A stretch of 64,000 nt of DNA from Coleofasciculus chthonoplastes F2-STO-03. GTDB taxonomy: Bacteria > Cyanobacteriota > Cyanobacteriia > Cyanobacteriales > Coleofasciculaceae. The stretch covers positions 32,001-96,000 of the forward strand of contig JAVJWO010000047.1 in NCBI GenBank assembly GCA_040222015.1, given 5' to 3'. Positions 31,569 to 40,755 of this stretch are shown here, one piece after another; within the stretch, counting starts at the first letter, position 1; the number at the start of each line of letters is the position of its first letter. The position numbers and the translations under genes are program-made. The notes under the pieces are model-generated. The model was not told the DNA's origin and searched no databases. It saw nothing but the letters and a program-made list of their open reading frames with translations.

Positions 31569-32104
31569 AGTTATCAGTCCGCGTCATACATCATTAATAG
31601 TCGTTGTAGCCACTAACACTGGCTAGCTCAAATGAGACCCCTGTGACAAAAAAGCTTACACCCAAAAGCGACAATCTGTGTCAATGAACACTCAAAACGC
31701 TTGCACTCAGTCAGGGCGGATTTAGCTACATTTAGGTGAGTCCAGAAACGGTAATCGTGACATCCTCCCACGCTGAATCAAAGATTACAGTGTGGGTCTT
31801 ATAGCTCCCCCAGCCCCCCACGAAAAGATAAAACCCTCACCCCCAGCCCCTCTCCCGTGCAACAAAAGTGAAACATCCTTAGTCCTCCCCCCTCTTGTAG
31901 GGGGGAACGAGGGGGGTTGGGAGAGGGGGTTGTGGCTTTCCAATGTCATGAAACCCATCCCTACACAATCAACAATCAACACTTAAACCTATTTTCTGGA
32001 CTTAAGATGAATGGCACTGACTGGTATGCTGGTGGGCAATGCCCACCCTACGGTCTATCAAAGGTTTCGGCGATCCCCAAAGGCTTATTTCAGTACCATT
32101 GGAC

Positions 32105-33082
32105 TTAAGGTTTTTTCATCGGCGTTTTCTTCCTCTTCTTCTTCGCCTTGCTTTTCTCATAATCAATTTCCCTAAGCTTCTTAGTAATTCGGCTAAAATA
32201 CTCTTGCAGATAGGCTTCCAATGTGGTTGTGTCTTGGGGCTCAAGACCAAAAACCGGATAAGCCTCATCCATGGAAGCCATCATCGGTTTCCCCGTCGCT
32301 AACACCTCCGTGAATGCCAAGCGATCCGCGATATTCCACCCCCACTGAAAGAAGCGGGTAATCTGGCGCATCGCCCGCAAGAAATTAATCGGGAGTCGAG
32401 CAATCCTGGCATCCTTTGCCGAGAGTCGCTCACATAGACTAATAATCTCATCGGCTCGCCAAGCTCGTGTTCCCACAACCGGAAAGATTTTATTTGTCGT
32501 TTCCGGAACCTCAAGAGCGCGAACGGCAAATTTAGCGATATCCTGAGTATCCATATACGCCGTGGGCGCCGCTTTCCCAGTAATCCAAACCGCTTGCCCT
32601 TCCAGGATGGGTACAGCATACTGCATAATCAGCCCTTGCATAAACCCAGCGGGCTGCAAGATGGTGTAGTTTAATCCCGATTCTGCCAGAAACACTTCAG
32701 TACACCGTTTAATCTCCATCAACGGCACCTTGGGGAATTTCTCACAATTGAGAATCGAGAAAAAGACAAAGCGTTCCACTCCCGCCGCCGCCGCCGCTTG
32801 AATCAGCGCCACCTTGCCATCCCAGTCTACCTGTTTAATCGTCAGAGATCCTGTTGGTCTAGAGGTTGCTGCATCAATCACGGCGGTTATGCCTTCAAGA
32901 GCAGGGGGTAACGTCTGTGGTTCACACAGGTTACCTTGAACCAATTCCGCTCCCCATTCTTTCAAAAACGTGGCTTTCCTAGGGCTACGCACTAGACAGC
33001 GTACCTGATGACCTTCATCCAGCGCCCGACGAACCACCTGTCTTCCTAAAGTGCCTGTTGCACCGACGACCAACAAGTTCAT
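32105..33082 (-). CDS. Ycf39-like atypical SDR / NmrA family NAD(P)-binding protein
   Basis: VGATGTLGRQV, FLKEWGAELV, VDWDGKVALIQAA and DRLAF; adjacent to petM. Confidence 0.85.
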   Translation of the reverse strand: MNLLVVGATGTLGRQVVRRALDEGHQVRCLVRSPRKATFLKEWGAELVQGNLCEPQTLPPALEGITAVIDAATSRPTGSLTIKQVDWDGKVALIQAAAAAGVERFVFFSILNCEKFPKVPLMEIKRCTEVFLAESGLNYTILQPAGFMQGLIMQYAVPILEGQAVWITGKAAPTAYMDTQDIAKFAVRALEVPETTNKIFPVVGTRAWRADEIISLCERLSAKDARIARLPINFLRAMRQITRFFQWGWNIADRLAFTEVLATGKPMMASMDEAYPVFGLEPQDTTTLEAYLQEYFSRITKKLREIDYEKSKAKKKRKKTPMKKP

Positions 33083-33286
33083 TTATAAAATTTTGCCTGT
33101 AAACTTAACATTTCTATATAATTCTATCAGAATTTGTCATTGGTCATTGGTCTTTTGTCCTTTGTCATTCGTCATTCGTCGTTTAGTCGGGGCGGGTGTA
33201 GGGTGCGTTAGCGAAGCGTAACGCACCATTGCAAACTGACACACCGAGCGAAGTCGAGGTGTTCCCCATCACCCCATCACACAAAT

Positions 33287-33391
33287 CTACCCTTCGCCGC
33301 CTTGGATTTTGAGTAACAAAAATCCCAAACCCATACCCACGAGAATTAGAGTAAAGGATAGTACAGCAGCATTGAAAATTTCAGCGTTCAT
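33287..33391 (-). CDS. petM: Cytochrome b6f subunit PetM (missing from the ORF track)
   Basis: Own translation: [42 protein letters not shown] upstream. Confidence 0.92.
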   Translation of the reverse strand: MNAEIFNAAVLSFTLILVGMGLGFLLLKIQGGEG

Positions 33392-33463
33392 GTGTTATCT
33401 CCTCTGGCGATCGCTAAACAGGCTCTAAGTTATAAGATTATCGTGATTGGGTTCAAATCGAAA

Positions 33464-34564
33464 ATGAAAACAGAAAAACATTTGTTTACACAATCAAGCC
33501 ATCCCCCCCGAGGGCGTCCCCGTTTAGCTGTCACCTTGGGTGATCCGGCGGGGATTGGTGCGGAGGTGGTGCTGAAGGCGTTGGCAGATGAGCAGATGAC
33601 TCAGGATGCTGATATAACAGTCATTGGCAGTCGCTCGTTGTTACAGAAGGCGTATCAGGAATTGCGGCACACCGTAGACAGTACCACGCCTCTAGCTGAA
33701 CCGGATAACCTATCCATATTAGATATCCCTTTAGACGCCTCAACCGAACGTCAGATTACCCTGGGGCGGGGAAATGCGGCGAGTGGAGAGGCGAGTTTTG
33801 CTTACTTGAAACGTGCGATCGCGCAAACCTTGGCGGGTGAGTTTGAGGGAATTGTCACCGCGCCGATTGCCAAGTCATTCTGGAAAGCCGCCGGACATGA
33901 TTATCCCGGTCAAACCGAAGTGCTAGCACAGGCGGCTGGTGTAGAGCGATTCGGGATGTTATTCGTCGCGCGATCGCCTCATACCGGGTGGCTATTGCGA
34001 ACCCTGTTAGCCACAACCCATATTCCCTTGGATCAAGTCCCCCATACCTTAACCCCAGACTTGATGAGAACAAAACTGGATTTACTGGTGGAGTGCTTAC
34101 GGCTGGAGTTTGGCGTAGAAACCCCTCGCATTGCCATTTCTGGGTTAAATCCCCACAGTGGCGAACAGGGACAATTAGGGAGTGAGGAAAAAGACTGGTT
34201 GATTCCCTGGCTCGAACAGGAACGACAGCAACGTCCTCAGCTAAAATTAGATGGACCGGTACCACCCGATACCCTTTGGGTAAAAGCGGGTCAAGCCTGG
34301 TACGATAATCCGGCAATCCCCAATCTCCCCGATGCATACTTGGCACTTTATCATGACCAAGGCTTAATTCCGGTTAAACTCATGGCATTTGACCGAGCGA
34401 TTAACACCACAATTGGTCTACCCTTTGTGCGAACCTCTCCGGATCACGGTACAGCTTATGATATTGCCGGTCAGGGAATTGCTAATCCTACCAGTATGAA
34501 AGCGGCGATTCAACTAGCGGCACAATTGGTGCGACACAGGCAATTTTTGTCGGGGCGGGTTTGA
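33464..34564 (+). CDS. pdxA: 4-hydroxythreonine-4-phosphate dehydrogenase
   Basis: [35 protein letters not shown] and [14 protein letters not shown]; start uncertain. Confidence 0.97.
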   Translation: MKTEKHLFTQSSHPPRGRPRLAVTLGDPAGIGAEVVLKALADEQMTQDADITVIGSRSLLQKAYQELRHTVDSTTPLAEPDNLSILDIPLDASTERQITLGRGNAASGEASFAYLKRAIAQTLAGEFEGIVTAPIAKSFWKAAGHDYPGQTEVLAQAAGVERFGMLFVARSPHTGWLLRTLLATTHIPLDQVPHTLTPDLMRTKLDLLVECLRLEFGVETPRIAISGLNPHSGEQGQLGSEEKDWLIPWLEQERQQRPQLKLDGPVPPDTLWVKAGQAWYDNPAIPNLPDAYLALYHDQGLIPVKLMAFDRAINTTIGLPFVRTSPDHGTAYDIAGQGIANPTSMKAAIQLAAQLVRHRQFLSGRV

Positions 34565-34761
34565 CGGATAAGTAGGTAGGGATAATAAAAGTTAACGGCA
34601 CAGATCGTCATTACTAAACCCACCCTGCCAAATCATCAATAATTATCATATTTAATTGATTCTGTCAAGAGGTGATTCCGATAAAGCTAGATGTTAGCGT
34701 AGTGGAGCTAGTCCCTCTTTTTCGGCTGAGTCATAGGATAGCAGTAGGATCAAGCAGAGTA

Positions 34762-37700
34762 ATGATAGAACAGGATCTCAAAGGCGATCGCTCCTTAGTT
34801 TTAGAAACAGCATGGCAGCGATATGCCCAGCTTAAAACCCAAGCTGCAATCACTTATAGACAATATTTGAGTCTTCGGGGCGGATCAATTTTGCTCAGTG
34901 CGATCGCCACATTCCTAGCGGTGGTTATCGCCAGTACAGATAGGCAACTCATCGCCGCCCCACCGGGACGACTATTAATCATTGGTTTAGTTTTAGTTCC
35001 GATTATCAATGTGATCATTTTGGCGATTAGTCGCAACCTGCAACAAGGACAGTATTGGCAAATCCTCAATGCTGGTGCTGAGGAAATTCGCAAAACGATC
35101 TATCTGTATCGGACATTGCTACCGGGACAAGAGAATCGTCATCAATGGTTGAATGAACGAGTTACAGCGATTCAACGCCAGGTATTTGATAGTATTGGCA
35201 GTGATTTAGTAATGCAACCCTATACCGGTAATCTTCCCCCGGATGAGAGGGGCGAATACCAAAATCATGATCCGGGTTTTACGGATTTACTGCCCCCAGA
35301 TTACTTGCATTATCGCCTAGAAGCGCAACGGCAACAATATACCCAAGAACTCGCCCAACTCAACACCACTCGCACTCGCTTACAAATTATCCTGTTCAGT
35401 TTGGCTGGATTGAGTGCATTGTTACCCGTTTTAGGGGTGAGTGTCGGTGTCTGGGTGGCGTTTACCCTGTTTTTGGCAACAGCATTCAGCCTGTGGTTAG
35501 AACTAGGACGAATCGACGATCGCGTGAATGCGAATAACCAGCTAATTGTAGCTCTCAACATGATTCGCGATCGCTGGCAAACGTTAACCGCCAAAGAGCA
35601 GACAGGCGAGGAATTTTTTCAGATCGTGCTGGCGACAGAAAATACACTCTGGAATTACTATAGTCAACCAATTTCCGAACGGCGTCAAATTGCCACACCC
35701 TTGCTGGAGCCGAGTGATGATTTACTCACAGAAGCGCTCAAAGAACCTGTTGTCGAACTCCCCGAAGAATCAAACAAAGTTGAAACCCTAGCCGTTGCCG
35801 CCCAAACCCCCAAAGAAACGGTAACGTTGGAGGTAGTCAAAAAAGTTGAAGAACCTCCTCAGGAGCCGCCGAAAAAGGGATTACCTCATGCCTTTGTGGT
35901 CATGCCCTTTGGACGAAAAAAAGGACCCGATGGGCTTTGGATTGACTTTAACAGCATTTATCGAAACTTAATTAAGCCAGCCTTAGAAGAGGCAGGATTT
36001 GAGTCATTTCGTGCCGATGAAGAAATGGTTAGCGGCGATATTTTGACGGATATGTTTCAGGAGCTATTGCTCGCTGACCTAGTTCTGGCAGATTTAAGCA
36101 TTGATAATGCCAACGTATTTTACGAGTTAGGCATTCGCCACGCCCTGCGTAAGCGCGGCTTGATTCACATCCAATGTGGTCGGGCTTACATGCCTTACGA
36201 CATTTTCAATGTGCGAACACTCCCCTATCACTGTGATGATAGCGGTTGTCCTGACCCAGAGTATTTACACAAAGACAAGCAGGCGATCGTGAAAATGGCG
36301 CGTGCCACCTGGGATTCGGACAAAAACCGCATTCATAGCCCAATTTTCAGTATTTTAACCGGACTGGATGAACCCGATCGCAAGTCCTTGCAAACCCCCC
36401 TGGCAACCGGATACTGGCAGGAATACAAAGAATGGCAAGAGCGGGTGGTGCTTGCCCAGCGACAAAAGCGGATTGGGGATGTCTTGTTATTAACCGAAGA
36501 GGTAAGTAATCCCCTAATTAAAGAAGAAGCCCTGGCGGAAGCAGGGAAAGCCCTAAAAAATCTAGGCAATCATGCCCTAGCGCTCAAAGAATATCGCCAA
36601 GGCTTGAAAATCAACTCCAAAAATTCTGAGTTTCGTAAAGAAGAAGCCTTTCACCTCAGCCGCTTAAAGCAATTTGATGAAGGGATTGTCAAATTAGAAT
36701 CATTGCTCCAGGATGAACCCAGAAATATAGATGCACTCTGTTACTTAGCTCGCATTTACAAAGAAATGTGGCGCAATGAATGGAAAGAAATCTCAGATCA
36801 GCCGGAGCGGTTGAGCGCTGCCTATGATGCCGCTCACTTACTCAAAAAAGCCGTTGATACCTATCTCAAAGCCTATCGGCTGAATCACAATCACTATTAT
36901 GCTGGGATTAATGCCCTAACCTTATTAGTCCTTCTCGATTATTTAGTCCAGCATTGTGACATCGATAGTGATGCCGAAGGAGAAGCCCTGCGGCAACAGT
37001 TGCCCAATCTCAAAGGGGCGGTTCAATTCTGCCTGGAAAGTGCAGTTAAGACCAATGAAAATGATACCTGGGCGTATGTTTCCTTAGGAGATTTAGCGGT
37101 ATTAGCAGCCGACCATCCGAAACAGGTAATGCGAGCCTATAAAAAGGCGCTAACGCTACTTTGGAACAATAAATTTGCCCTAGAAGCCACCCTAAATCAA
37201 CTGGAACTTTTGGCGGCGCTTTCTTTCCGCCCGGAATATGTACAAGCAGGACAAGTGGTGATCCAAGGGGAACTCGACCGACTGAACAATCAAACGGCAA
37301 TAACGGCGGATGAGAGCGAACCAGAACCCACACAAGTTATCCTCTTTTCCGGTCACATGATTGATAGTCCCACCAGGGAGCAACCGCGTTTTCCCGCCGC
37401 CATGGAAAATGAGGCGCGGCAAAAAATTGAGGAGACTCTGGATAAGTTAAAACCCAGTACCAATTGCTTGGCAATTGCTCCCGGTGCAGCCTGTGGCGGT
37501 GATATTTTGTTTATCGAAGCCTGCTTAAAGCGGAATATGAAGGTGGAGGTATTTCTGCCCTTTACCCCAGCTCAGTTTATTCTCGAATCCGTTAGTTTTG
37601 CTGGGGATAACTGGGTATCCCGTTTCTATACAATTCAGAATCACCCTAATGTGTCGTTTAATCTGCAACCGGAACGATTGGGAGACGTGCCGATAGGGGA

Positions 37701-37923
37701 TAATGCCTTCGAGCGCAATAATCGCTGGGCGTTGTATTCTACCTTAATGTATGGCATTGATCGCGTGCGACTGATTGTTCTGTGGAACGGTAAAGGCGGT
37801 GACGCGCCCGGAGGTACAGGTGACATGGTTCATCAGGTACGCCACTTAGGAGGCGTGGTTGAGCATATTGATACCACCAAATTTGACTACTGGAACACGA
37901 GGACGAAGGTATTAGCCAGTTAA
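34762..37923 (+). CDS. Multidomain protein: two SLATT (DUF4231-like) membrane domains, NDT/deoxyribohydrolase-like domain, TPR-S (DUF4071-like) repeats and C-terminal SLOG domain
   Basis: Two 2-TM units (W..L...AEEIRK..YLY; YL..RL..Q..Y); AFVVMPF..RADE..ADLVLADLS..NANVFYELGIRHA; TPR region with YYAGINA; LFSGHMID..GAACGGDILF..WNG..GGTGDMV. Start at 34762 or 34672. Confidence 0.8.
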   Translation: MIEQDLKGDRSLVLETAWQRYAQLKTQAAITYRQYLSLRGGSILLSAIATFLAVVIASTDRQLIAAPPGRLLIIGLVLVPIINVIILAISRNLQQGQYWQILNAGAEEIRKTIYLYRTLLPGQENRHQWLNERVTAIQRQVFDSIGSDLVMQPYTGNLPPDERGEYQNHDPGFTDLLPPDYLHYRLEAQRQQYTQELAQLNTTRTRLQIILFSLAGLSALLPVLGVSVGVWVAFTLFLATAFSLWLELGRIDDRVNANNQLIVALNMIRDRWQTLTAKEQTGEEFFQIVLATENTLWNYYSQPISERRQIATPLLEPSDDLLTEALKEPVVELPEESNKVETLAVAAQTPKETVTLEVVKKVEEPPQEPPKKGLPHAFVVMPFGRKKGPDGLWIDFNSIYRNLIKPALEEAGFESFRADEEMVSGDILTDMFQELLLADLVLADLSIDNANVFYELGIRHALRKRGLIHIQCGRAYMPYDIFNVRTLPYHCDDSGCPDPEYLHKDKQAIVKMARATWDSDKNRIHSPIFSILTGLDEPDRKSLQTPLATGYWQEYKEWQERVVLAQRQKRIGDVLLLTEEVSNPLIKEEALAEAGKALKNLGNHALALKEYRQGLKINSKNSEFRKEEAFHLSRLKQFDEGIVKLESLLQDEPRNIDALCYLARIYKEMWRNEWKEISDQPERLSAAYDAAHLLKKAVDTYLKAYRLNHNHYYAGINALTLLVLLDYLVQHCDIDSDAEGEALRQQLPNLKGAVQFCLESAVKTNENDTWAYVSLGDLAVLAADHPKQVMRAYKKALTLLWNNKFALEATLNQLELLAALSFRPEYVQAGQVVIQGELDRLNNQTAITADESEPEPTQVILFSGHMIDSPTREQPRFPAAMENEARQKIEETLDKLKPSTNCLAIAPGAACGGDILFIEACLKRNMKVEVFLPFTPAQFILESVSFAGDNWVSRFYTIQNHPNVSFNLQPERLGDVPIGDNAFERNNRWALYSTLMYGIDRVRLIVLWNGKGGDAPGGTGDMVHQVRHLGGVVEHIDTTKFDYWNTRTKVLAS

Positions 37924-38067
37924 ATAAATGTAGAGACGCGCCATGGCGCGTCTCTACAGGCTATCCTTGTTGCTCTTAAGGATTGACGTGGCTTAATCTT
38001 AAGATCATTGTCCTCGATGACACGGTTAAACTGATGGTTAAAATATTCTCTCTCTAGAGTCAATTCA

Positions 38068-38826
38068 ATGAAAAACTCCTGTACTTTAACCTTTAACAAT
38101 AACCTCACCGCCCATGTTGTTCAAGTCCACAGTCCCACGGCGTTGGCGGCGGCGTTGCACCAGCTTGGTCTTGACCAACCCCGTCCTACCCTGGCGTTAG
38201 TGGGTGGAGCGAGTAAGATTAGTGAGTCTGACAAAAATGATTTGCGACGCATTTTTCTCGAAGTGATTGCGCCTCTGGCTGAACAACTGGGAGTGGTGGT
38301 TGTCGATGGGGGGACGGATGCGGGGATTATGCAATTTATAGGTCAAGCGCGGACAATGATTGGTGGGACATTCCCATTAATTGGTGTCGCCGCGATTGGT
38401 ACGGTTATGCTTCCTGGTGTTAAAAGCATGAATGCTGATGCGGCGATGCTAGAGCCAAATCACACCCACTTTGTCTTAGTTCCAGGCTGCAATTGGGGAG
38501 ATGAATCCCCCTGGTTATCTGAGATTGGTAGTCATTTAGCTAAGGGGTTACCTTCGGTGACGATTGTGGTGAATGGTGGCGAGATTACCTGGCAGGATGT
38601 GGCGCAAAGTGTGAAAGCTAAGCGACCTGCGATTATCCTAGCTGGGAGTGGACGAACGGCTGATAAATTGGCAGCCGCATTGCAGGGAGAGGTAACCGAT
38701 GAACGAGCCACAGATTTAGTGGCATCGGGACTTTTGCACGCTATTGATGTGAGTAAAGATGCAGCAGCACTGGCTCATCTGATTGCACAGATGCTTTCTC
38801 GACCTGCGGATGCGTTGCCCGAATAA
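38068..38826 (+). CDS. LSDAT (TRPM-type SLOG domain) protein
   Basis: LVGGAS, VDGGTDAGIM, LIGVA, LEPNHTHFVLV, WGDE, VNGG and AGSGRTAD. Confidence 0.88.
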   Translation: MKNSCTLTFNNNLTAHVVQVHSPTALAAALHQLGLDQPRPTLALVGGASKISESDKNDLRRIFLEVIAPLAEQLGVVVVDGGTDAGIMQFIGQARTMIGGTFPLIGVAAIGTVMLPGVKSMNADAAMLEPNHTHFVLVPGCNWGDESPWLSEIGSHLAKGLPSVTIVVNGGEITWQDVAQSVKAKRPAIILAGSGRTADKLAAALQGEVTDERATDLVASGLLHAIDVSKDAAALAHLIAQMLSRPADALPE

Positions 38827-39091
38827 ATTGTCTCCAAATAAGGTGGGAAGAAGCGTTGACATTGATTCGGTTAAATCGGAGGTTTTAGAGTAAGTGTAAT
38901 TCGGAGATTGATGCTAATGTATTTTTTTTTATGACATAATAAAAATTAAGTTGATTGAGACGTATACCGCTGATCCTGTTTGAATGGTGCATAAAGCATT
39001 TGTTGCTAAAACTAAATTATTCGCTGGGTCATTTCATAATGTCTTAAGCCCACCCTTGTTGTATAGACTCTTGCAGATCAAGGCATAGAAC

Positions 39092-40489
39092 GTGGCAAAA
39101 AAGAACTCTTACAGTCAATATCTTAGGCAACACCTGAGTAACTTAATCGAGCAGACGGACTTGCCCACCTTGAAAAAGGACTTTATGAAAGCCCGGTGGT
39201 TGGATCAAGTGCTGTGGCTGGAAGGACGGGCAACCAAGGAACGCGATCGCCATCACTCTTTGAGGTTACTAACGATTATCGGCGGTGTTATCGTTCCCGC
39301 TCTGGTGGGATTCAAAAGCCCAAATCCTCAGATCCAGGAAATTGTCGGCTGGAGTGCGTTTGGGTTGAGTCAAGCCGTAGCCGTTTCCGCCGCCGTGGAA
39401 GAATTTTTCGCTCATGGGGAAAAATATAAGCAATTCCGCAATACAGCCGAAAATATGAAAATTGAGGGCTGGCAATTCCTGCAAATGGCTGGACAATACA
39501 GTCAGTTTGAATCCCACGACGATGCTTATGCTACGTTTGCCTATCACGTTGAGCAGTTGATTCAGAAAGACGTGCAGGGTTTCGTCGCTCAGTTTGAAGA
39601 AACAGAAAAGAACAGCAAGCAAAAGACAGAAGAAACAGTGGCTCAAAATTCGGCTCTAGCCCTGGAGAATCTCAACCAGCAAATGGAGTATCAGGAGCAA
39701 TTGCGGCGACTTGAAGCGGAAAAACGCCGCTGGCGAGAAGAGAAAGAGCGTTTGGAAAATGAGCGTTCAGCGTCCCTGGAAGATGCGGAAAACAATGGGG
39801 AAGAGGTCCAGACTACCCCGGTTACTCTCGAAGACTTGCCCCCGCTAGGTGCCGCCGCAATGGTTTGGTTTGAAGAAGACGAACCGGAAGAACCCAAAAA
39901 ACAAGCATCGATGAATGGTCAAGGAAATAGTGAGCCAGCCAAACCCGCCGTACCCCAACTGATTACACCCGAACAAGCGTCCAAAATAATGGATTGTCCC
40001 CTAGACGATAGCCAGAAATATTTACCGGGGGTATTGGAGGCGCTGCAAGACTATGACATTTTGGATAAGCAGGTGCTAATTGGTTTACTGGCAACGGTGC
40101 GAGTGGAAACCAACGGGTTTAAACCCATTAATGAGTTTGGTGGAACAAAATATTTTACTAAACATTATGAAGGACGCCGGGATTTAGGCAACGTGCATCC
40201 AGGAGATGGAGCGAAGTATCACGGTAGAGGCTACATTCAGATTACGGGGAGAGCCAATTATCGCACGTATGGGCAAAAATTGGGGGTGGATTTGGAGAAT
40301 AATCCTGAATTAGCTCTAGACCCGGAAATTTCTGCTAAGATACTAGCTTGTTACTTCAAAGATAGAGGAGTCGCCACTGCTGCAAAAGTGGGAGATTGGC
40401 GTAAAGTCAGAAAATTGGTGAATGGCGGCTATAACGGTTGGGATGTTTTTTCTAAGTATGTTGAGAAAGGTAAGGCGGTAATTGGTTAA
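39092..40489 (+). CDS. SLATT (DUF4231) - coiled coil - glycoside hydrolase family 19 fusion
   Basis: N-terminus RWLDQVLWLE, two TM segments and FRNTAENMKIEGWQF. C-terminus VRVETNGF..INE, GDGAKYHGRGYIQITGRANY, NPELA and VNGGYNG. Confidence 0.88.
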   Translation: MAKKNSYSQYLRQHLSNLIEQTDLPTLKKDFMKARWLDQVLWLEGRATKERDRHHSLRLLTIIGGVIVPALVGFKSPNPQIQEIVGWSAFGLSQAVAVSAAVEEFFAHGEKYKQFRNTAENMKIEGWQFLQMAGQYSQFESHDDAYATFAYHVEQLIQKDVQGFVAQFEETEKNSKQKTEETVAQNSALALENLNQQMEYQEQLRRLEAEKRRWREEKERLENERSASLEDAENNGEEVQTTPVTLEDLPPLGAAAMVWFEEDEPEEPKKQASMNGQGNSEPAKPAVPQLITPEQASKIMDCPLDDSQKYLPGVLEALQDYDILDKQVLIGLLATVRVETNGFKPINEFGGTKYFTKHYEGRRDLGNVHPGDGAKYHGRGYIQITGRANYRTYGQKLGVDLENNPELALDPEISAKILACYFKDRGVATAAKVGDWRKVRKLVNGGYNGWDVFSKYVEKGKAVIG

Positions 40490-40492
40490 GGT

Positions 40493-40693
40493 ATGGAACC
40501 CACAGAAGAAGTTTTTTTTCAAGTTCAGGAACTCAAGGAAGCGATTCAGGAACTTAAAGAGCAGATCAAAGCAATGCAATCGATAAATGAGGTGCAGCAA
40601 GAGTCAATTACGTCTTTAATTGCTCTGTCTCAGAAGCAAACGACGGTGATTGAGCAGCAAACCTCTGTGATTCAGCAATTGGTGAGTCAGTAA
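40493..40693 (+). CDS. Small Gln-rich coiled-coil protein
   Basis: 66 aa with heptad pattern; starts 3 nt after the SLATT-GH19 stop. Confidence 0.6.
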   Translation: MEPTEEVFFQVQELKEAIQELKEQIKAMQSINEVQQESITSLIALSQKQTTVIEQQTSVIQQLVSQ

Positions 40694-40755
40694 GGGAAAG
40701 ATACAGCAGCACGTTCGTAGTCAGCACGAAGCGTGCTGATAAATAGGGTCTATCA

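Noticed and set aside
39960..40489. Prophage lysis cassette
   Set aside because: No phage structural, terminase or integrase genes nearby; the GH19 is fused to SLATT in a SLOG cluster.
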